Counted from the stretch's first letter, positions 24,954 through 40,395 are shown. The stretch is DNA of 64,000 nt from the human T2T-CHM13v2.0 reference genome, Homo sapiens (GCF_009914755.1 NC_060947.1), one strand, 5' to 3'. Notes: a model not told the origin generated them from the sequence alone. Numbers and translations are program-made.

Positions 24954-26854
24954 GACACTCAAGGAAAAGCTAATATTGAGTCTGAGTGCAGCTTTGTATC
25001 CAATCTGAAGAGGGCTGGCTGCCTCCAAAGGGACTTCCAGAGGGGACTTCCTATAATCAGACCCCTTGACCCTTTGTTCTATGCAGCAGTGATGCTCTGA
25101 TCTTGCCTTGGGATTTCTTAACTTGATCGAGCATTCTCTTCATGCTCTCATTCAGCTAATCCCCAAATGCCTTCTCCAGTCAAGTCCTCTCTCTCCCTGC
25201 CAGTTCCTGACTGGTGCCTCCACGTCCCAGCTTCACCACACTCCCTGCCTTAATTGAAATTTTCTCCTGGAAACTGCATATCTCTCTCTTTCTCTCTCTC
25301 TCTCCCTGCACCACTCCCTTTGCCCCGATGAAGGACACTTTTAACAAAGCCCTTGTCACGGGGGCTTTCTGTAGGCAATTCATTAGTGACAGTCTTTGGC
25401 TACCTCCAACCATCATCTTGCAGCTTATAGTCACAGCCTCCTAGCTGATACCCGTTGTTTCAACCTGCATGCCTGGGATTCCTGAGATCCCTCCCTGTCT
25501 CAAGTCAGGTGCAGAAGAGATATACATGCCGTCTACATCTTCAGCCAAAATATTAAAGCAGAAGAGACCCCAGTGGTGAGCACTTTAGCTTCACACTAGT
25601 GACTTCCCTGGGGGGTTGATATTTCTTGATTAGGCAACATTCTTAAGCTGTCTTATAGGATAGCAAGGGTTTGTCCTAGTATGGAATTTTTCATCAGAAA
25701 TATTTATATTGTGCTTCTTTAAATAGGTTAAATTGAAGATATGTTCATTTAACTGTACATAATAAGAAGAATTTTAGATTTATTTTTATAGATTTTGATT
25801 GAAACCATCACTTAGAGATTTTTAAAAAAATACACAGAGCATGGAATCCTAATGTTTCAGCCTTTCAAAAACTTGCTTTAAAATTTATTGTCTATCCCAA
25901 TTGAATAAATAAATACCAACTGGTTAAAATATTGGAATCATTTAATTTTCCTTTATGATTTATAACATTCCCCCTCAAGGGAAAAATAACCAAAGAAATT
26001 GAGACATTAATGGTGAGCTGACAAGCCATTCAAAACATGCTGATTGAACACATGAGTAAAGAAATGAGATCTTCAAGAAAATATGTAAAGTGAGATTTGA
26101 ATGAATTCTCAGCTTAAAGTGCTAACAGCTTAAAGGAAGTGGGACAAAATATCATTTTGAGATCTGATAATGAGGGATTACAGTTAGGACCAAACACAAT
26201 GGCAGGTACATTGTTGTGGAATTCAGTAGGGAAGAAGTAAAATGGCTATCATATGGGATTGCTGAAAAGCAAGAAGGAAAGGAGGAGAGGTAAATAGTGG
26301 TTCCTAAATATTTGTTTCCTAAGGAAATGCACAAGGAAGATAAAGACAGACTGACAGACTATTAATACATTCAGTAAATACTGGAAAGGTAGTTCCTGAT
26401 TGCTTGCTATTGCCAATCGTATTTAACAGGGCTTTATAATGTGATCTCAGTAAGGTCATTTCTGGCTGAGTTGGAAAATGCTAATGCCTGTCAGAATGCT
26501 GAAAGATGAGTAAGGATTTGCTGGCCTGTTGGGAGAGATTGTGACTGAATCTGATGCTGCAAAGAATATTTAACTCCATAGGGAAAGTCAGATGAGACAG
26601 AGAGAATTCTGCAAGCAAAAGGCATCAAAAGATTGTTCTGTATTTTAATTCCTCCACAGCACTCAAGTGTCAATAATGTGGCCCTGTCACTTGTCTCATT
26701 TGCTGAGATGATTTTAGATGGATTGGGAGAAAAGCTAGGGATTATGGAAATACCAAATTCTTAAATAAGAAGCTGTATTCCTGTTAGATTACATTAAATT
26801 CCAACCAGAAATTTCTCAATCTTTAGTTTGTAGGGTTTTTTTTCCTTTTCAACC

Positions 26855-28020
26855 TTTTTTTTTCGGGGGTGGGGGTGCGTTCAAGGGATACATGTGCAGG
26901 TTTGTTACATGGGTAAATTGTATGTTGCTGGGGTTTGGTGTACAAATGATTTCATCACCCAGGTAGTGAGAACAGTACCTAATAGAGCACTATCAACCTT
27001 CGTCCTCCTCCCATCCTCCACCCTCAAGGAGGCCTCAGTATTCGTTGTTCCCTTCTTTCTGTACTCAATGTTTAGCTACCACTTACAAGTGAGAACATGC
27101 AGTATTTGGTTTTCTGTTTGTGCATTAATTTGCTTAGGATAACAGCCTCCAGGTGCATCCATGTTTCTGCAAAAGACATGATTCATTCTTTTTTATGGCT
27201 ATGTAGTATTCTATGGTGCATATGTACCACATTTTCTTTATCGAGTACACTCTTGATGGGCATCTAGGTTGATTCCATGTCTTTGCCATTGTAAATAGTG
27301 CTGCAATTAACATAGAAGTGTATGTGTCTTTTGGTAGAATGATTTCTATTTCTTTGTATAAGTAATGGAATTGCTGGATCAAATGGCAGTTCTGTTTTAA
27401 GTTATTTGAGAAATCTCCAGACTGCTTTCCACAGTGGCTGAACTAATTTACATTCCCACCAGCAGTGTATAAGCATTCCCTTTTCTCCGCAACCTCACCA
27501 ACATCTGCTATTTTCTGATTTTTTAATAATAGCCATTCCGACTAGTGTGAGATGGTATCTCATTATGGTTTTGATTTGCACTTCTCTAATAATAGTGATG
27601 TTGAGCATTTTCTCATAAGCTTGTTGGCCACAGGTTTATCCTCTTTTGTGAAGTGTTTGTTTGTGTCCTTTGCCCATTTTAATGGGGTTGTTTGTTTTTT
27701 GCTTGTTGATTTGTTTAAATTCCTTATAGACTCTAGATATTAGACCTTTGTCAGAAGCATACTTTGCAAATATTCTCTCCCATTCTGTAGGTTGTCTGTT
27801 TACTGTGTTGATAGTTTATTTTGCTGTGCAGAATGCTTGGTTTAATTAGGTCCCACTTGTCTATTTTTGTTTTTGTTGCAATTGCTTTTGGAGACTTCAT
27901 CATGAAATCTTTGCCAAGGCTTATGTCCAGAATGGCATTTCCTAGGTTTTCTTCTAGGGTTTTTATAGTTTTAAGACTTATATTTAAGTCTTTAATCCAT
28001 CTAGGATTGATTTTTATATA
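26855..28020 (-). mobile_element. older L1PA (PA15/16-like) 3' fragment
   Basis: Antisense L1 3'UTR (gggatacatgtgcaggtttgttacatgggtaaattg); ORF 27751..28167 includes ORF2-like [10 protein letters not shown]...KIDKWDLIK. Confidence 0.9.
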
Positions 28021-28711
28021 TTCAGTCTTTTGGTTTTGATCAGGAATTAACAAACTTTTTCTGTAAAAGGCTAGTGTGCTAGGCAGGATAATGCTCCCCA
28101 AAGACGTTGATATCCTGATCCCCAGAACCTGTGAATAGGATACCTTCCATGGAAAAAAGGATGTCAAGGATGTGATTAAGTTAAGGATCCTGAGGTGGGA
28201 TTGTATCCTGGATTATCTAGGTGGGTCCACTGAATGAAACAGTGCATTCATAACAGCACTGTTTGTAGTTGCCCCAAATTGTAAACAACTCACTGATCCA
28301 TCAAGAATAGAAGGGATAGATTGTAGCATATTCATACAATAGACAAAATAAAAATGAGTGAACTACAGCTACATGCATCAACATGGATACATCTCATCAA
28401 CAAAATTTGAATAAAACAAGTCAAACACAAAGAGTACAGACAATAATATAATTATGTTTATAAGGAGTTCAAAACCAGGCAAAGCTAAACTAAAGTGTTT
28501 AAGGTTACATACACAGAAAATCAAAGTACGAAGAACACAAGGAACAGTATACTATTCAAATTAGGAGAGTTACTTCTCTGGGGGAATGAAGGGGGCACAC
28601 CAAGGGCTCTCTGGAGTACTGGAAATGCTCTGTTTCTTCACCTGAGCTATGGTTCTTGTGTGTTCATTTCACGGTAATTTATTAAGCTGTGCATTCTTGT
28701 GTTGTGTTTCA

Positions 28712-29049
<338 letters not shown>

Positions 29050-29320
29050 TTAAGGTGTATTCAGTAGAAAGTTCAGCTAGTGCTACCTGGAATTGTCCCA
29101 TTAGAGAAGATGGTTAAAGCAAGCAGATATGTTACACAGTTTTGAGTGTTGAGCACTTTAAGTACTAATGTTAGGTTTCAAAGTATATTCACTTCCCACT
29201 GTACTGTGGGGACACAGGCACTGTCATACATTGCTGGGGGGTGGGGATGGTAAGGGGAGTACACAATGGTACAACTCTGATGGAAAGTAAGTTTATAATG
29301 TCTGACAAAATTTCAATACA

Positions 29321-29760
<440 letters not shown>

Positions 29761-31996
29761 TCACAAGTCACTGCAGTATTCTTTATAATAGCAAAAAGAT
29801 TAGGAACAACCCCATGTCAATCAATAGGGAACTGGTTAAATAAACTATGAGACAGCCATCCAGGAATACTATGGAGATGTAAAAAATAATGAGTAGCACC
29901 TTCCAGTGCAGACCAGGTTCTATCTCCAGACTATATGTCTCATTGAAAAAATTAAGATACAGAAGCACACGGTTACTATCCTTTGTGTAAGAAAGAGGAA
30001 TATAGGAACATATTTTCATACTTGCTTCCATTGTATAAAAGGATATACAAGAAATTATAAAAATTGTTACCCCTACAGGACAGAGGAGTAGGTAACAGAA
30101 GGATAGAGGAAGGAATGGGAGTGAGATTTCTCATCATATAACATTTTCAGCTGTTCTGATTTTTGACACATGAATGTATTATCTATTCAAAAAATAAAAT
30201 TAAATGCTAAAGGACAAAACAAAAGAAAAACATATTTTCCACCAACAAGAGCCCAAGATTAGTTTCAATTAATGTCATTTGAAAGAAAACCCAGAAAAGA
30301 TTTTTTAGGTTGTTCTAATGGATTGCTAAATAAATGTTTTTGTGTTGATTTAAGTTTTCTTATTTTTTCCATGTTTGTGGACAACTTAGAATCAGAGAGC
30401 TTAGGACAGAAGAAGGGGGACAAATGGTACCTAAAATAGAGGTGAGAATAGAAGACTAACTGAAAAAAGTTTGTTTTGTGTCTATATTTGGTGCCAGTTT
30501 GTTGAGAAAACCCTATCTAACTTGATGTTATTCAAGCATGCCCAACAGCTTTTAGAAAATTTTTTTCTTCCTAAGAGATGTGCTTAAAGTATTTGTATAA
30601 GTGGCTCCCAAAGAACTCAGAGTCCATATGAGATGAGTCATCAAAACAAGGAAATAAAAATAAAACATGTGAACATAAAGAATAAATAAATGTATAACAA
30701 ACAAAAGACATCCTTGTCTGCCATGCACAGTAATTGCAAATTCGCAGCATCTTCTAGGCTGTAATCATTATTGCAGTCTATTTTCTAATACAGTCTGGAT
30801 CCATTTCATTGAAAAGTTTGTAAAAATTCGCTTAAAATCAGAAGAGTGTTCCCGTACCTTGACCCCCTTTCTTTATTGCCTCCTAAAGAATATAAAGGAA
30901 ATAAAAGTTTCTCAGTGCCCACTTGAATCCTGTTGCTTGAAATTCTTGAATTACATACTTTTTAAAAAGACATATTTACTTTGCAAGCTGGGATTTTGCC
31001 ATTCTCTCCACACTCCCCACTTCATTAACCCACAAGTTTCAAGAGTTAAAAAGCAGAGTGTGTTTAAGAACAAGAGAGAAAACACAGGCATAAAAAGGTT
31101 TAGAGGCCTATGATTATAGAGTTCCCCTTCCTTTACTTTTAAATGGTTTCTATTGCCTTTCAATATCAGACCTATTAACACTGATTTTATTACTAGAAAA
31201 TCCATTATTAACCTTTAATCCACTGAAAGGAGAATTTCTCTTTAAAATTAAGAAAAGAACTATCATCTTTAAACCACACAGATTAAATTTCCTCTAAATG
31301 AATGATAAAGGCTATTCCTAGTTATGTTAATGTGCCCATCCATTTCCCTTTTTTGATTTTTGGTAAGGTTTAAGTTATTGATCCTACTAGTTTAAATTAT
31401 AAAGAGTTTTTTGTAGTTGATGTTTTTGGATTTTGTTGTTTTATAAAGGATGAGGCCACCAGGGCTTCTTGACTTGTAGGCAGAGCAGTCTACTCAGGTT
31501 GGGGGCTTCCTATACTTTTCTTCATATACCTTTCCTATTGGTATGCGGTACAATGGATTTTCCTCTCTCAAAATGACAAACCTTCCTCTTGGCAGGCAAT
31601 TTTTGTTCCCATGAGTTTAATTATAGACCAAGACAAAATGACCACCACACTTGGCCTGAACTGGACTGATTTCAATGTCAGTGGGATTAAAATTTGCAGA
31701 AGACCCCTGTTGTCAAAAGCAGTTTGATTTTATTGTTATATTTCATTTGACCTATTTCAGTGATAAGCATCTTAGGTGGGCTCAGGTCGTGGGAAATCCT
31801 AAACATCCGTCACAAGAAAGCTGTATTCTAGTCTTTGTAAAGGAATTTACTAAGCTGCTCTCTCAAGTTGGTCTAATTTACCTAACACCATGTCTGGATC
31901 CCTCCTATTTCCCTTGCCCTTAAGCTCCTCATCTTGTAATGACCAACTCAAAAAATTCCTTTATAACGTGCTTTGGCCTACTTAGAAGGTAATTCC

Positions 31997-32389
31997 TGTT
32001 ATGGACTAAATTGTGTCCTCACCTCCCAAATTCGTACATTGAAGTCCCTACGCTTTGTACCTCAAAATGTGACTGCATTTGGAGATAGGGCCTTTAAAAA
32101 GGTGATTAAGTTGAAATGAGATCAATAGATGGGCCCCAAACTAATATGACCAGTGTCATAAGAAGACGCCATTAGGACACAGACCCACACAGACCAGGGA
32201 CAACCATGTAAGGACACAGCAAGATGGCAGCCATCTGCAAGCCAAGGAGAGAGGCCTCAGGGGAAACCAAACCTACCAACCCATTGATCTTGGACTTCAA
32301 GCCTTCAGAACAGTGAGGAAACGAATGTCTGTTGTTTAAGCCACCCAGTCTGTGGCACTTTGTTATAGCAGCCCAAGCCGACTAATGCA
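31997..32389 (+). mobile_element. MLT1A/B-like solo LTR
   Basis: tgttatggactaaattgtgtcc...gactaatgca; 5-bp TSD attcc on both sides. Confidence 0.9.
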
Positions 32390-32439
32390 ATTCCTTTGAG
32401 TCATTCTCTCCATGACAGTACTCCATCCCCTTTCTGCTT

Positions 32440-32971
32440 CCAGCAGATGGCTTTCATGCTTTCAATTCTTCACTCCTCCGTGTACCCATGCCCTTTGCCA
32501 TCCATATGACTTTGTGGCTCCACTAGAGGTAAAGTACTTGTTCCCACTCCATTGATGTTGGGCTTGGGCATGTGATCTTTTTTGCCAATAAAATGTGGGC
32601 AGAAGGGCCAGTGTGCCAGTTCTGAGCCTAAGTCTTAAGGAACATCACATGTTTCTGCTTACTCCCTTACTCTTTCATCAAAAATGGAAAAGCATGCCCC
32701 AAGTACCCCACTGATCCAAAGATGGTGAGAGACATGTGGACCAATATTAGAACCAAACTATATCAACGACCCAAGCCCAGCTGGATGTGCAGTCTAAAGC
32801 AGTAATTGTCCAGCTGAGCTTGAGCTAGACCAGCTGAACCTCACTCAACTTACACCTTTGTGAGTATGACAAAAAACGCTTATTGCCATCAACTGAGTGC
32901 TGGGGTGGTATGTTATACCGCGTAAGAGAATACATAAGAGGGTATTATTGTAGTGATAGCTCATTGATACA
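32440..32971 (+). mobile_element. MLT1 (H-like) LTR
   Basis: ttcttcactcctcc...gatgttgggcttgggcatgtga...tagctcattgataca. Confidence 0.7.
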
Positions 32972-34835
32972 AACTCCAAAGTCTTAACACAGGAAAATCC
33001 TGCTTTAAGAAAATCTGATAGCACAAAAGTCCAGATCTAAAAACAATACACACATACACACCAAGGAAGATTATTCATATGGCATGAGAACCCTTCAACT
33101 ACCAAATGCTATTTGCCCATTTACAATAATATTTGATTTTCATATGACGTGGTATTGTTTTGGGTGGGGTTTTTTTGAGGTTTTTATTGAGATAGACGCA
33201 CATGTGGTAACAGACATTTTTTTGTTTTGCTTTAGACTCACAAGGGTAAGGGTCATTCTGGAGTCAAGCGATCTAACAAAAACAAATGTAGGGAAGAAGT
33301 AGGTCAGGAATTGTCATGGTAAACTGACTTCCAAGATAAGTGATGGCGGTAATCTAAACTAGAATGTGGGTGAAGTGGACGGCCCATCCCCTGCTCTGTC
33401 ACTGTTCTGTCTAAGTGGCTTTGAGAAAGCTCTCCTCTCTCTCTGGGACATAGATGCCTCACACCAGTGGTTGACATCCTTCCCCTTGCATCTCATCTCT
33501 CTGAGTTGATGGTGCACGTTGAGGGAGGCCTCGTGGCTTGCACCTCCTGCAGACGCCGCTTTAGTTCTCCCGGTGTGGGCGGCCTGCAGTAAGTAGTTGT
33601 TAAACTCACTGCTATCTCCCCTCCCACTTGGGCTTGGTCTCTTACTTCGAAGGAGCTGGAACAGCCACATCTCCTACAAGTATCATGACTGTCAAACACA
33701 CCTTCCTTTTCGGTGTGGAGGGAGGATGTGGGCAGAGTGGGGTTGGGGTTGGAGTCATGTGACTGTCACTTGAGGCCACCAGGGTTTGCCCAAATCCATG
33801 GAGAGCCCTGTACAAGCCACGTGAGAAGCCAGGCTGCATGAGACAGAGTAGGGTCCATGAAGGTCACCAAGGAAGGACCAAAACATGATTATAGCCCCAG
33901 TAGAGAGTTGGAGTCAGGGGCATGAAATAATAAAGCAGGGGATGTCAGAGAAGTGAAAAAATACAACCAGATTTGTTTTGGGCAGTGAATTATCTTGTTG
34001 GATGGGACACCTGTGCCAACTGTGGCATGAGTGTGGGTGAAACACTGGCACATCACAGACCAGGGGTAGGAGAGTTCAGAGATGACCCCACACAATCCAG
34101 CCTTTGCATGCAGAACATGGGGCTCAGAGACATTTGCATAGAAGAATTGGACGCACACGCACATGCACACGCACATCCCCCTTTGTACATGCCAAATCCT
34201 CTTCCCTTTCCAGGTGTGAGACTGAAGGCTCACCTTTTCCTCTCTTAGAAGTTCATTCACAAATGAGCCAGATTCATCCCTGAGTAAGAAAGGAAAAATG
34301 GGCAAAATTGCCCTGGACTAATAGGGATTAACAATTAGAACACTGCCCAAAACAGATCCTAAAAAGTAACTGCACAGACACTCCAAGGCCAGAGTGTCAT
34401 TGTTAAAGAGGACAATGGAGTGGCCCATAAATATCCTTGATCGCCCAAATCCATGGGCCCCTTGTGCCTGGCACTGTGGTGAGTGCGAGATCTAGCTCTG
34501 CAGTGGTTGCTTGGGAGAAGAGCTAGTGAGGGCTTTCTCAGCCATCCAACCCATAGGCTTTTGATGGGGATTAGTTTCCCCAGAGACAGAATCTGTCTGA
34601 CCCAGCTCACATGCATTTCATGAACAAATGAGAGTGTGGTAGTCAGTTTCACAAATGGTCTGTGCCACAACCCACATCACATGCTTCTACCACCCTCAGC
34701 ATGTCCATGGCCTGTTAGGTCTGCTCCGATTCATGCACTGCAAATCTCAGCAATGTAACTGGCGAGGGTTCTGTTACTATAATTTCAAGGGATTAAAAGA
34801 GTTGCTAGGTCATTCATTTATTTTAATAAACATTT

Positions 34836-35120
34836 CTTTGAGACAGGGTCTCACTCTGCTACCCAGGCTACAGTGCAGTGGCACGATCATGGCTCACTGC
34901 AGCCTCGACTTCCTGGGCTCCAGTGATCCTCTCACCTCAGCCCACAAAGTGTCTGGGACTACAGGTATGTGCCACTGTGCTCAGCTAATTTTTGTATTTT
35001 TTGTGGAGACAGAGTCTCACTGTGTTGCCCAGGCTGGTCTCAAACTACTGGGCTCAAGTGATCCTCCCACCTCAGTCTCCCAAAATGCTAGGATTACAGG
35101 CATGAGCCACCATGCCCAGC
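34836..35120 (-). mobile_element. AluJ
   Basis: gagacagggtctcactctg...gctcactgcagcctcgacttcctgggctc; TSD-like aataaacattt / aataaatattt. Confidence 0.93.
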
Positions 35121-35294
35121 AATAAATATTTTTTAAAAAATAATTTATAGTGAAATGTGAGAAGAAAGAAACAATTTAAAGACAAAATGTATAATCAAAA
35201 GGGAAGCAGAATGTAAACCTTTGGAAAATTATCCTGGCCATGTAAAGAATAAAAAACGTGTTTGGGCCAAGGATGTGGCCCAAGTGAAAAAAAA

Positions 35295-35720
35295 ATAATT
35301 TTAGATTTGCAAAAAATTTGCCAAGATAGTACAGAGAATTCTCTGAGAACCCACATCCAGTTTCCCCTACTACTACTACTAACTTCTTACACTACTGTAT
35401 TTGTCACAACTAATGAAGCAATATCGACACATTATTATTAAAGTCCACACTTTATTTAGATTTCTTTAGTTTTCATCTACATCCCTCTTGGTGTTCCAGG
35501 ATTCCATCCAGGATGCAACATTACATGGACATCATGTCTCCTTAGGCTCCTTAGCCTGGCAAGTTCTCAGGCTTTCCACTTTCTAAAATAACCTTGACAG
35601 TTTGTAGGATTACTGGTCAGGTATCTTACAGAACATTCCTTAGTTTGGGTTTCTGTGATGTTGTTCTTGTAGTTAGACAAGAATTCATGGGTTAGAGAGT
35701 AAGAATATAGAGGAAAAGTT
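35295..35720 (-). mobile_element. L1MC-like 3' fragment
   Basis: ttttagatttgc...gatagtacagagaattc...ttccaggattccatccaggat. Confidence 0.7.
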
Positions 35721-36116
35721 TTCTTCTATTCTTCTTACCACCTTTCAGGATTCTTTGGTTGCTTCCCATTACACGGTTTATAGTTGTACCTATCAGGGAA
35801 GAGCAGGGAGAAATGGGCCTATATCATCTTGTCTGGACCAGAAGTACACCTTGTTCTGTAGGACTATATATGTTACATAAATTGATAATCCCCATTGTTA
35901 AGAAATCTGGTTTTGCTTGAACCGTGGGGATTCGTACCATGCAGGAGGAACGGTGGGTACTCCAATAGCTAGAGGTGTCATGTTGAAATCAGCAATTTTG
36001 CCAATTTTTTTCAAGCCCCTCAGTAGGCTAGTTACTGCCTCTTAGTTCTAGGCATAGATGATTGGATGGATGGAAAAATCAACTTAAATGTCATAGGGAA
36101 AATGTCACTAATTCAA

Positions 36117-36630
36117 TAAGTCATTCTATTATGAAAACATATGCACGTGTATGTTCATTGCAGCAATATTCACAATAGCAAAGACATGGAATCAACCTAA
36201 ATGTCCATAAATGGTAGACTGGATAAAGAAAATGTGGTACATATACACTACAGATTAGTATGCAGCCATAAAAAGGAGCAAGATCATGTTCTTTGCAGGG
36301 ACATGCATAGAGCTGGAGGCCAATTAACCTTAGCAAACTAACGAGGGAACAGAAAACCAAGTACCGCATGTTTTCACTTATAAGTGGGAGCTGAATGATG
36401 AGAACACATGCACACATGGAGAGGAACAACACACATTGGGTCCTGCTGGACAGTGAGGGAGTAGGGGGAAGGAGAACATCAGGAAGAATAGCTAATGGAT
36501 GCTGGGCTTAATACCTAGGTGATGGGTTGATCTGTGCAGCAAACCACCATAGCATGTTTACCTATGTAACAAACCTGCACATCCTGCACATGTACCCCTG
36601 AACTTAAAATAAAAGTTGGAAATTTTAAAA
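36117..36630 (+). mobile_element. short 5'-truncated older L1PA 3' end
   Basis: L1 ORF2 end and 3'UTR ending tgtacccctgaacttaaaataaaagtt; 14-bp TSD tgtcactaattcaa at 36103-36116 and 36633-36646. Confidence 0.92.
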
Positions 36631-37045
36631 AGTGTCACTAATTCAAATAATCATTTCTGAGAATGAAAGAAGAGTCAAAACTCCACGATCACAACATTCA
36701 CTTTATTTTGTGCTATGACCCTAGTAGAATGTATCAAGAGTCATTTTTATTTAAGTAGCTCAAGTAATATTCTCTCGAAAGTGGGTTTTAATGCAACATA
36801 AACATCCTCTGCTTTTAAGAGGTTCTCTTAAATTCCCAGCAAGCTTTGGAAAATACTCCGTCTAGAAACAACCACGCTTATGTGATATTTGCTGCATTTT
36901 GTTTCTCCCTCTTTCCTCACTGTTAAATGGCAAGGAAACAAGCTGGAATGCTTTAATCTCAATATCTTTAACATGCTAGGTAACATTTCTATATGGAGCA
37001 ATCTGTAGCCACCTCCCATCTCATGAGCATCACTGCATACCTAGG

Positions 37046-37514
37046 TGTGGTGGGCATAGATGTCCACTGCCCAGATCTCTCTTCAAGAAGACCTCATCCT
37101 AGAAATGTGTTTCACTGACAGCCTTGAACTGCTGCACCTTTGAATTCGCCACAGTATTCAAACAAAGGCCATGCTTCCCCTGGGCTGCTAGCAGCTTAGA
37201 CAGAGCATGGCAGGGATACTGTAATAGCGCTATTTTAGCCCAGTGGAGGATTCCTCTACTGGGCAATACTTGCCCAAGGACCTCCCATCAACCTGCCTGA
37301 GATTTTCTCAGGATTGTGCTGCGGTCTGAAGGTCTTCCTACCCAATCCTCCATCTTTCCCTCTCTCCTTTGAAGGGTGTCAGACCGGCATTTTGGCCTAA
37401 AGTATATTCCCACTGTCCCATCTCCCTTTATCCTTCAAAGGAATTTCTCCTGATGAATCCCTTGTACATCTAATCCTATCCTAGTACACACTTCTCAGAA
37501 GATCCAGCCTGACA
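37046..37514 (+). mobile_element. LTR16-like (ERVL) solo LTR
   Basis: tgtggtgggc...actgcccagatc...cttgtacatctaatcctatc...cttctcagaagatccagcctgaca. Confidence 0.65.
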
Positions 37515-37659
37515 TATTGAAGTTGAAGAATTTGCAGCTCAAGAAAAGATAAAATTCTCATGGGTGGGTGAAGCAATTAGAAGGAAACTCTATGGTTGGA
37601 TATTTGGAGTTGGTTTCTCTTGAAATAAATTGCTCTCTGCTCACAGATTAAAACTTTTG

Positions 37660-38010
37660 TTTTTCTAACTCTTTATTGAGTTAAAACAAATGTGCAGAAA
37701 AATGCATGTCATGAGTGTACAATTCAATGGACATTTACAAACTGAACACACGCACATAACTAGCACTCAGATGAAAAAGCAGAACATGACAAGCACCCCT
37801 AAAATCTTCCTTGTGTTTCCTCTCAACTACTACACCCCAAAGATAATTATAATGCCTGACTTGTAACACGTAGATTAATTTTACCGCCTTTGGATCTCTC
37901 TATTAATGCAATCACATAATATGCATCTTTGTGTCCAGCTTTTTCACTTAACATTATGCTCATGAGATTTATCCATGTTTTCCATGCAGTAATAGTTTAT
38001 TCATTCTTAT
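37660..38010 (-). mobile_element. L1ME-like 3' fragment
   Basis: tttattgag...gaacacacgcacataactagcactcagat...gagatttatccatgtt. Confidence 0.7.
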
Positions 38011-39559
38011 GGCCATAGCTCAAAATCTGTCTTAACTCTAAGTCTTGTGAATGTGTCTTCAAGAACTAGATTGGAAATGCCCAGCTGGAGTGTTTTATCA
38101 TGCTAAATTTTCACTTGACTTTCCATGATTCAGTGAAGACAGTTTCTGTCTCTTCTCTTGAAACACTATTTCACAAGTCCTGACATGTAGAAAATGTTCC
38201 TGAGAGTCTGAGTTTTCTTTCCCAAGAATCCTTTTTAGGTTATCTAATTACTCTCCCTGGGACCATTATATTCTTCCAATGATGGAGGACTATTGTTCCC
38301 TTTTAGTCATCCTTTGGCTGTAGTGCTTTTCTTTTTACGTTTGTAGAACAACTTCTAAATGTCTTCCCATCTTCTGCCATCATTTGGAAATTCAGGTCCA
38401 AACCCATCAGCAAAACTCCAGGGACCATGTATTCTCTTCCCTGGTATTCCCAGGTTAGATCCAGCATTGTCTTATTGAGAACACAAGGCCACCTTTGAGA
38501 ACAGGATGCTAAGAGAGGAGAAAATCAACTGATCCTTAATGACTGTCTTGGAACTTGAAAACATCTATAGCCACTCTTCAGATCTTTATCAACCACCCCC
38601 CCACCACACACCACCCCAGCCAGTTTTCCTACAATTCTTCATATGGGCCAGAGAACAACTGTGCTTTGAATCACTTTTCTTCCATATCTAAAGATGCAAT
38701 GGCTCCCAGGCAGTTTTTTAAAGGGAATTTTGTTCTGAGCTTTTTCTGGCCACTTTGAATTATTTCTTCAGTTCCATTATTTTTTATCACAACCTTCAAT
38801 TTGGGCTCAGAACATCAGCCTTTGAGAATTGTTGCCATAACTGAGGATCTACTCCATACAGCATGGTTTATAAACCTTCTCTATAATCTACAAACCTTCA
38901 ATATATGTATCATGGTTTTGTTTATGGAGACAGGGAAACCAAGGCACAGAGATGTTAAATGCCCTGCCTAAAGTCACACAGCTACCAAATGGCAGACCTG
39001 GGGTTCACACTTAAGTCTTTGGCTGCTAAATTCATTCTTGTTTCACTATCCCATTGTACTGTTCTTCCCTCAGGCTCAGTCATCTACCAGTTTCTTCATT
39101 TCTCCATCTGCTCCCCACATTGCTAACACTTATGTGTGCAAGCATGCACAGGCACACCCCGACACACTGTGCCTCATTCTTTTTTGATACAGTTACTTCC
39201 CTCCTCCACTCTTCATGCCCTGAGGTCAAAATTATCTAAGAGGATACCCAGCGTCCCAAAGCATTATGGCCCAGTAAATAAGAACCTAGACTCAGAAATC
39301 AGACCATTTGTGGATGAATCCTGATTCCCCCCTTACTAGATGTAAATATCTTAGGCAAGTTACATTATCTCTCTAAGCTTCCATTTTCTCATCTTTAAAG
39401 TGGGGATAATAACAGTACCTTTCCCATAGGGCTATTGTGAGGGTTAAATAAGATTATGTAAGTAAACCTCTTAGCACTGTGCACATAGTCAATGATAAAC
39501 ATTTTTCTTCTTATTACTCTGTATCCCATAAAATCAGGAAATAATGATTGGTTAATAGC

Positions 39560-39746
39560 GGTCAATGTGTGGTTCCCAAACCTGGATTTTGGTCTGAGCC
39601 ATCTGCTAGGTTTTTTGGGAAAGACTTTTTCCTTGGCCCTTCCCTTAGAAGTTCTGATTCCATAAGATTAGGTTAGAGCCCTAAAATCTGCATTTTAAAA
39701 GCTTTTCCATCTGACTCAGATGTTCAGGCAGACTTGGAAACCTCTG
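39560..39746. mobile_element. MER5-like hAT MITE
   Basis: gtggttcccaaacctgg...aatctgcattttaaaagc...ttggaaacctctg. Confidence 0.6.
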
Positions 39747-40395
39747 TCATAGAGCAGAAGTCCTCAAAGGCAATTATTTCAGAAAGTAAAATTGAGTCAT
39801 CGCAGAGCAATACCTGGTATCCCAAAATCTCTCCTCTTAGGCTGTATGTCCTCCCTGATGCAGAATAATATCCTGCCCATAAACACAGGACACACACACC
39901 ACACTCACACACCACAACCTGGATTGAGCCATGGCTAGGGCTGGATTCCAGGAAAAGAAGACCACTATCTCATTGGCGGGCATTCGAGAGGCCCCAGGAA
40001 AGTCCTGTATGGTGGTTTTGGGGATGGGAGATCACACCAGAAGGCTGATCACAACCAGCAGCTATCAAGTTATTTCTGAACCTCCATATGACCAAAGACA
40101 TGCCTAACATACCTGTTTCTCCATCTGTAAGACAGCTCTCAAAACTGGCCCCACCTCTGTAATCAATAGACCGTTAGCAAGGTGAAAATTGGAGGAGAAA
40201 GCGTTGAAATTATGGGATTCCAAGGAATTGTCATTTCCACAAATGAACAATAAAATGTCATGTCTTTTCCCCACAAGAAGACTCTGCTCTCCTCGCTTCT
40301 CGGTGATGACTCTTCACCTTCCAATGTGTACACAGTCAATTTCCATCTTCATACTTGGTGGGGGCAGGGGGATCCAAGCCCATGAATTGCAGTTT

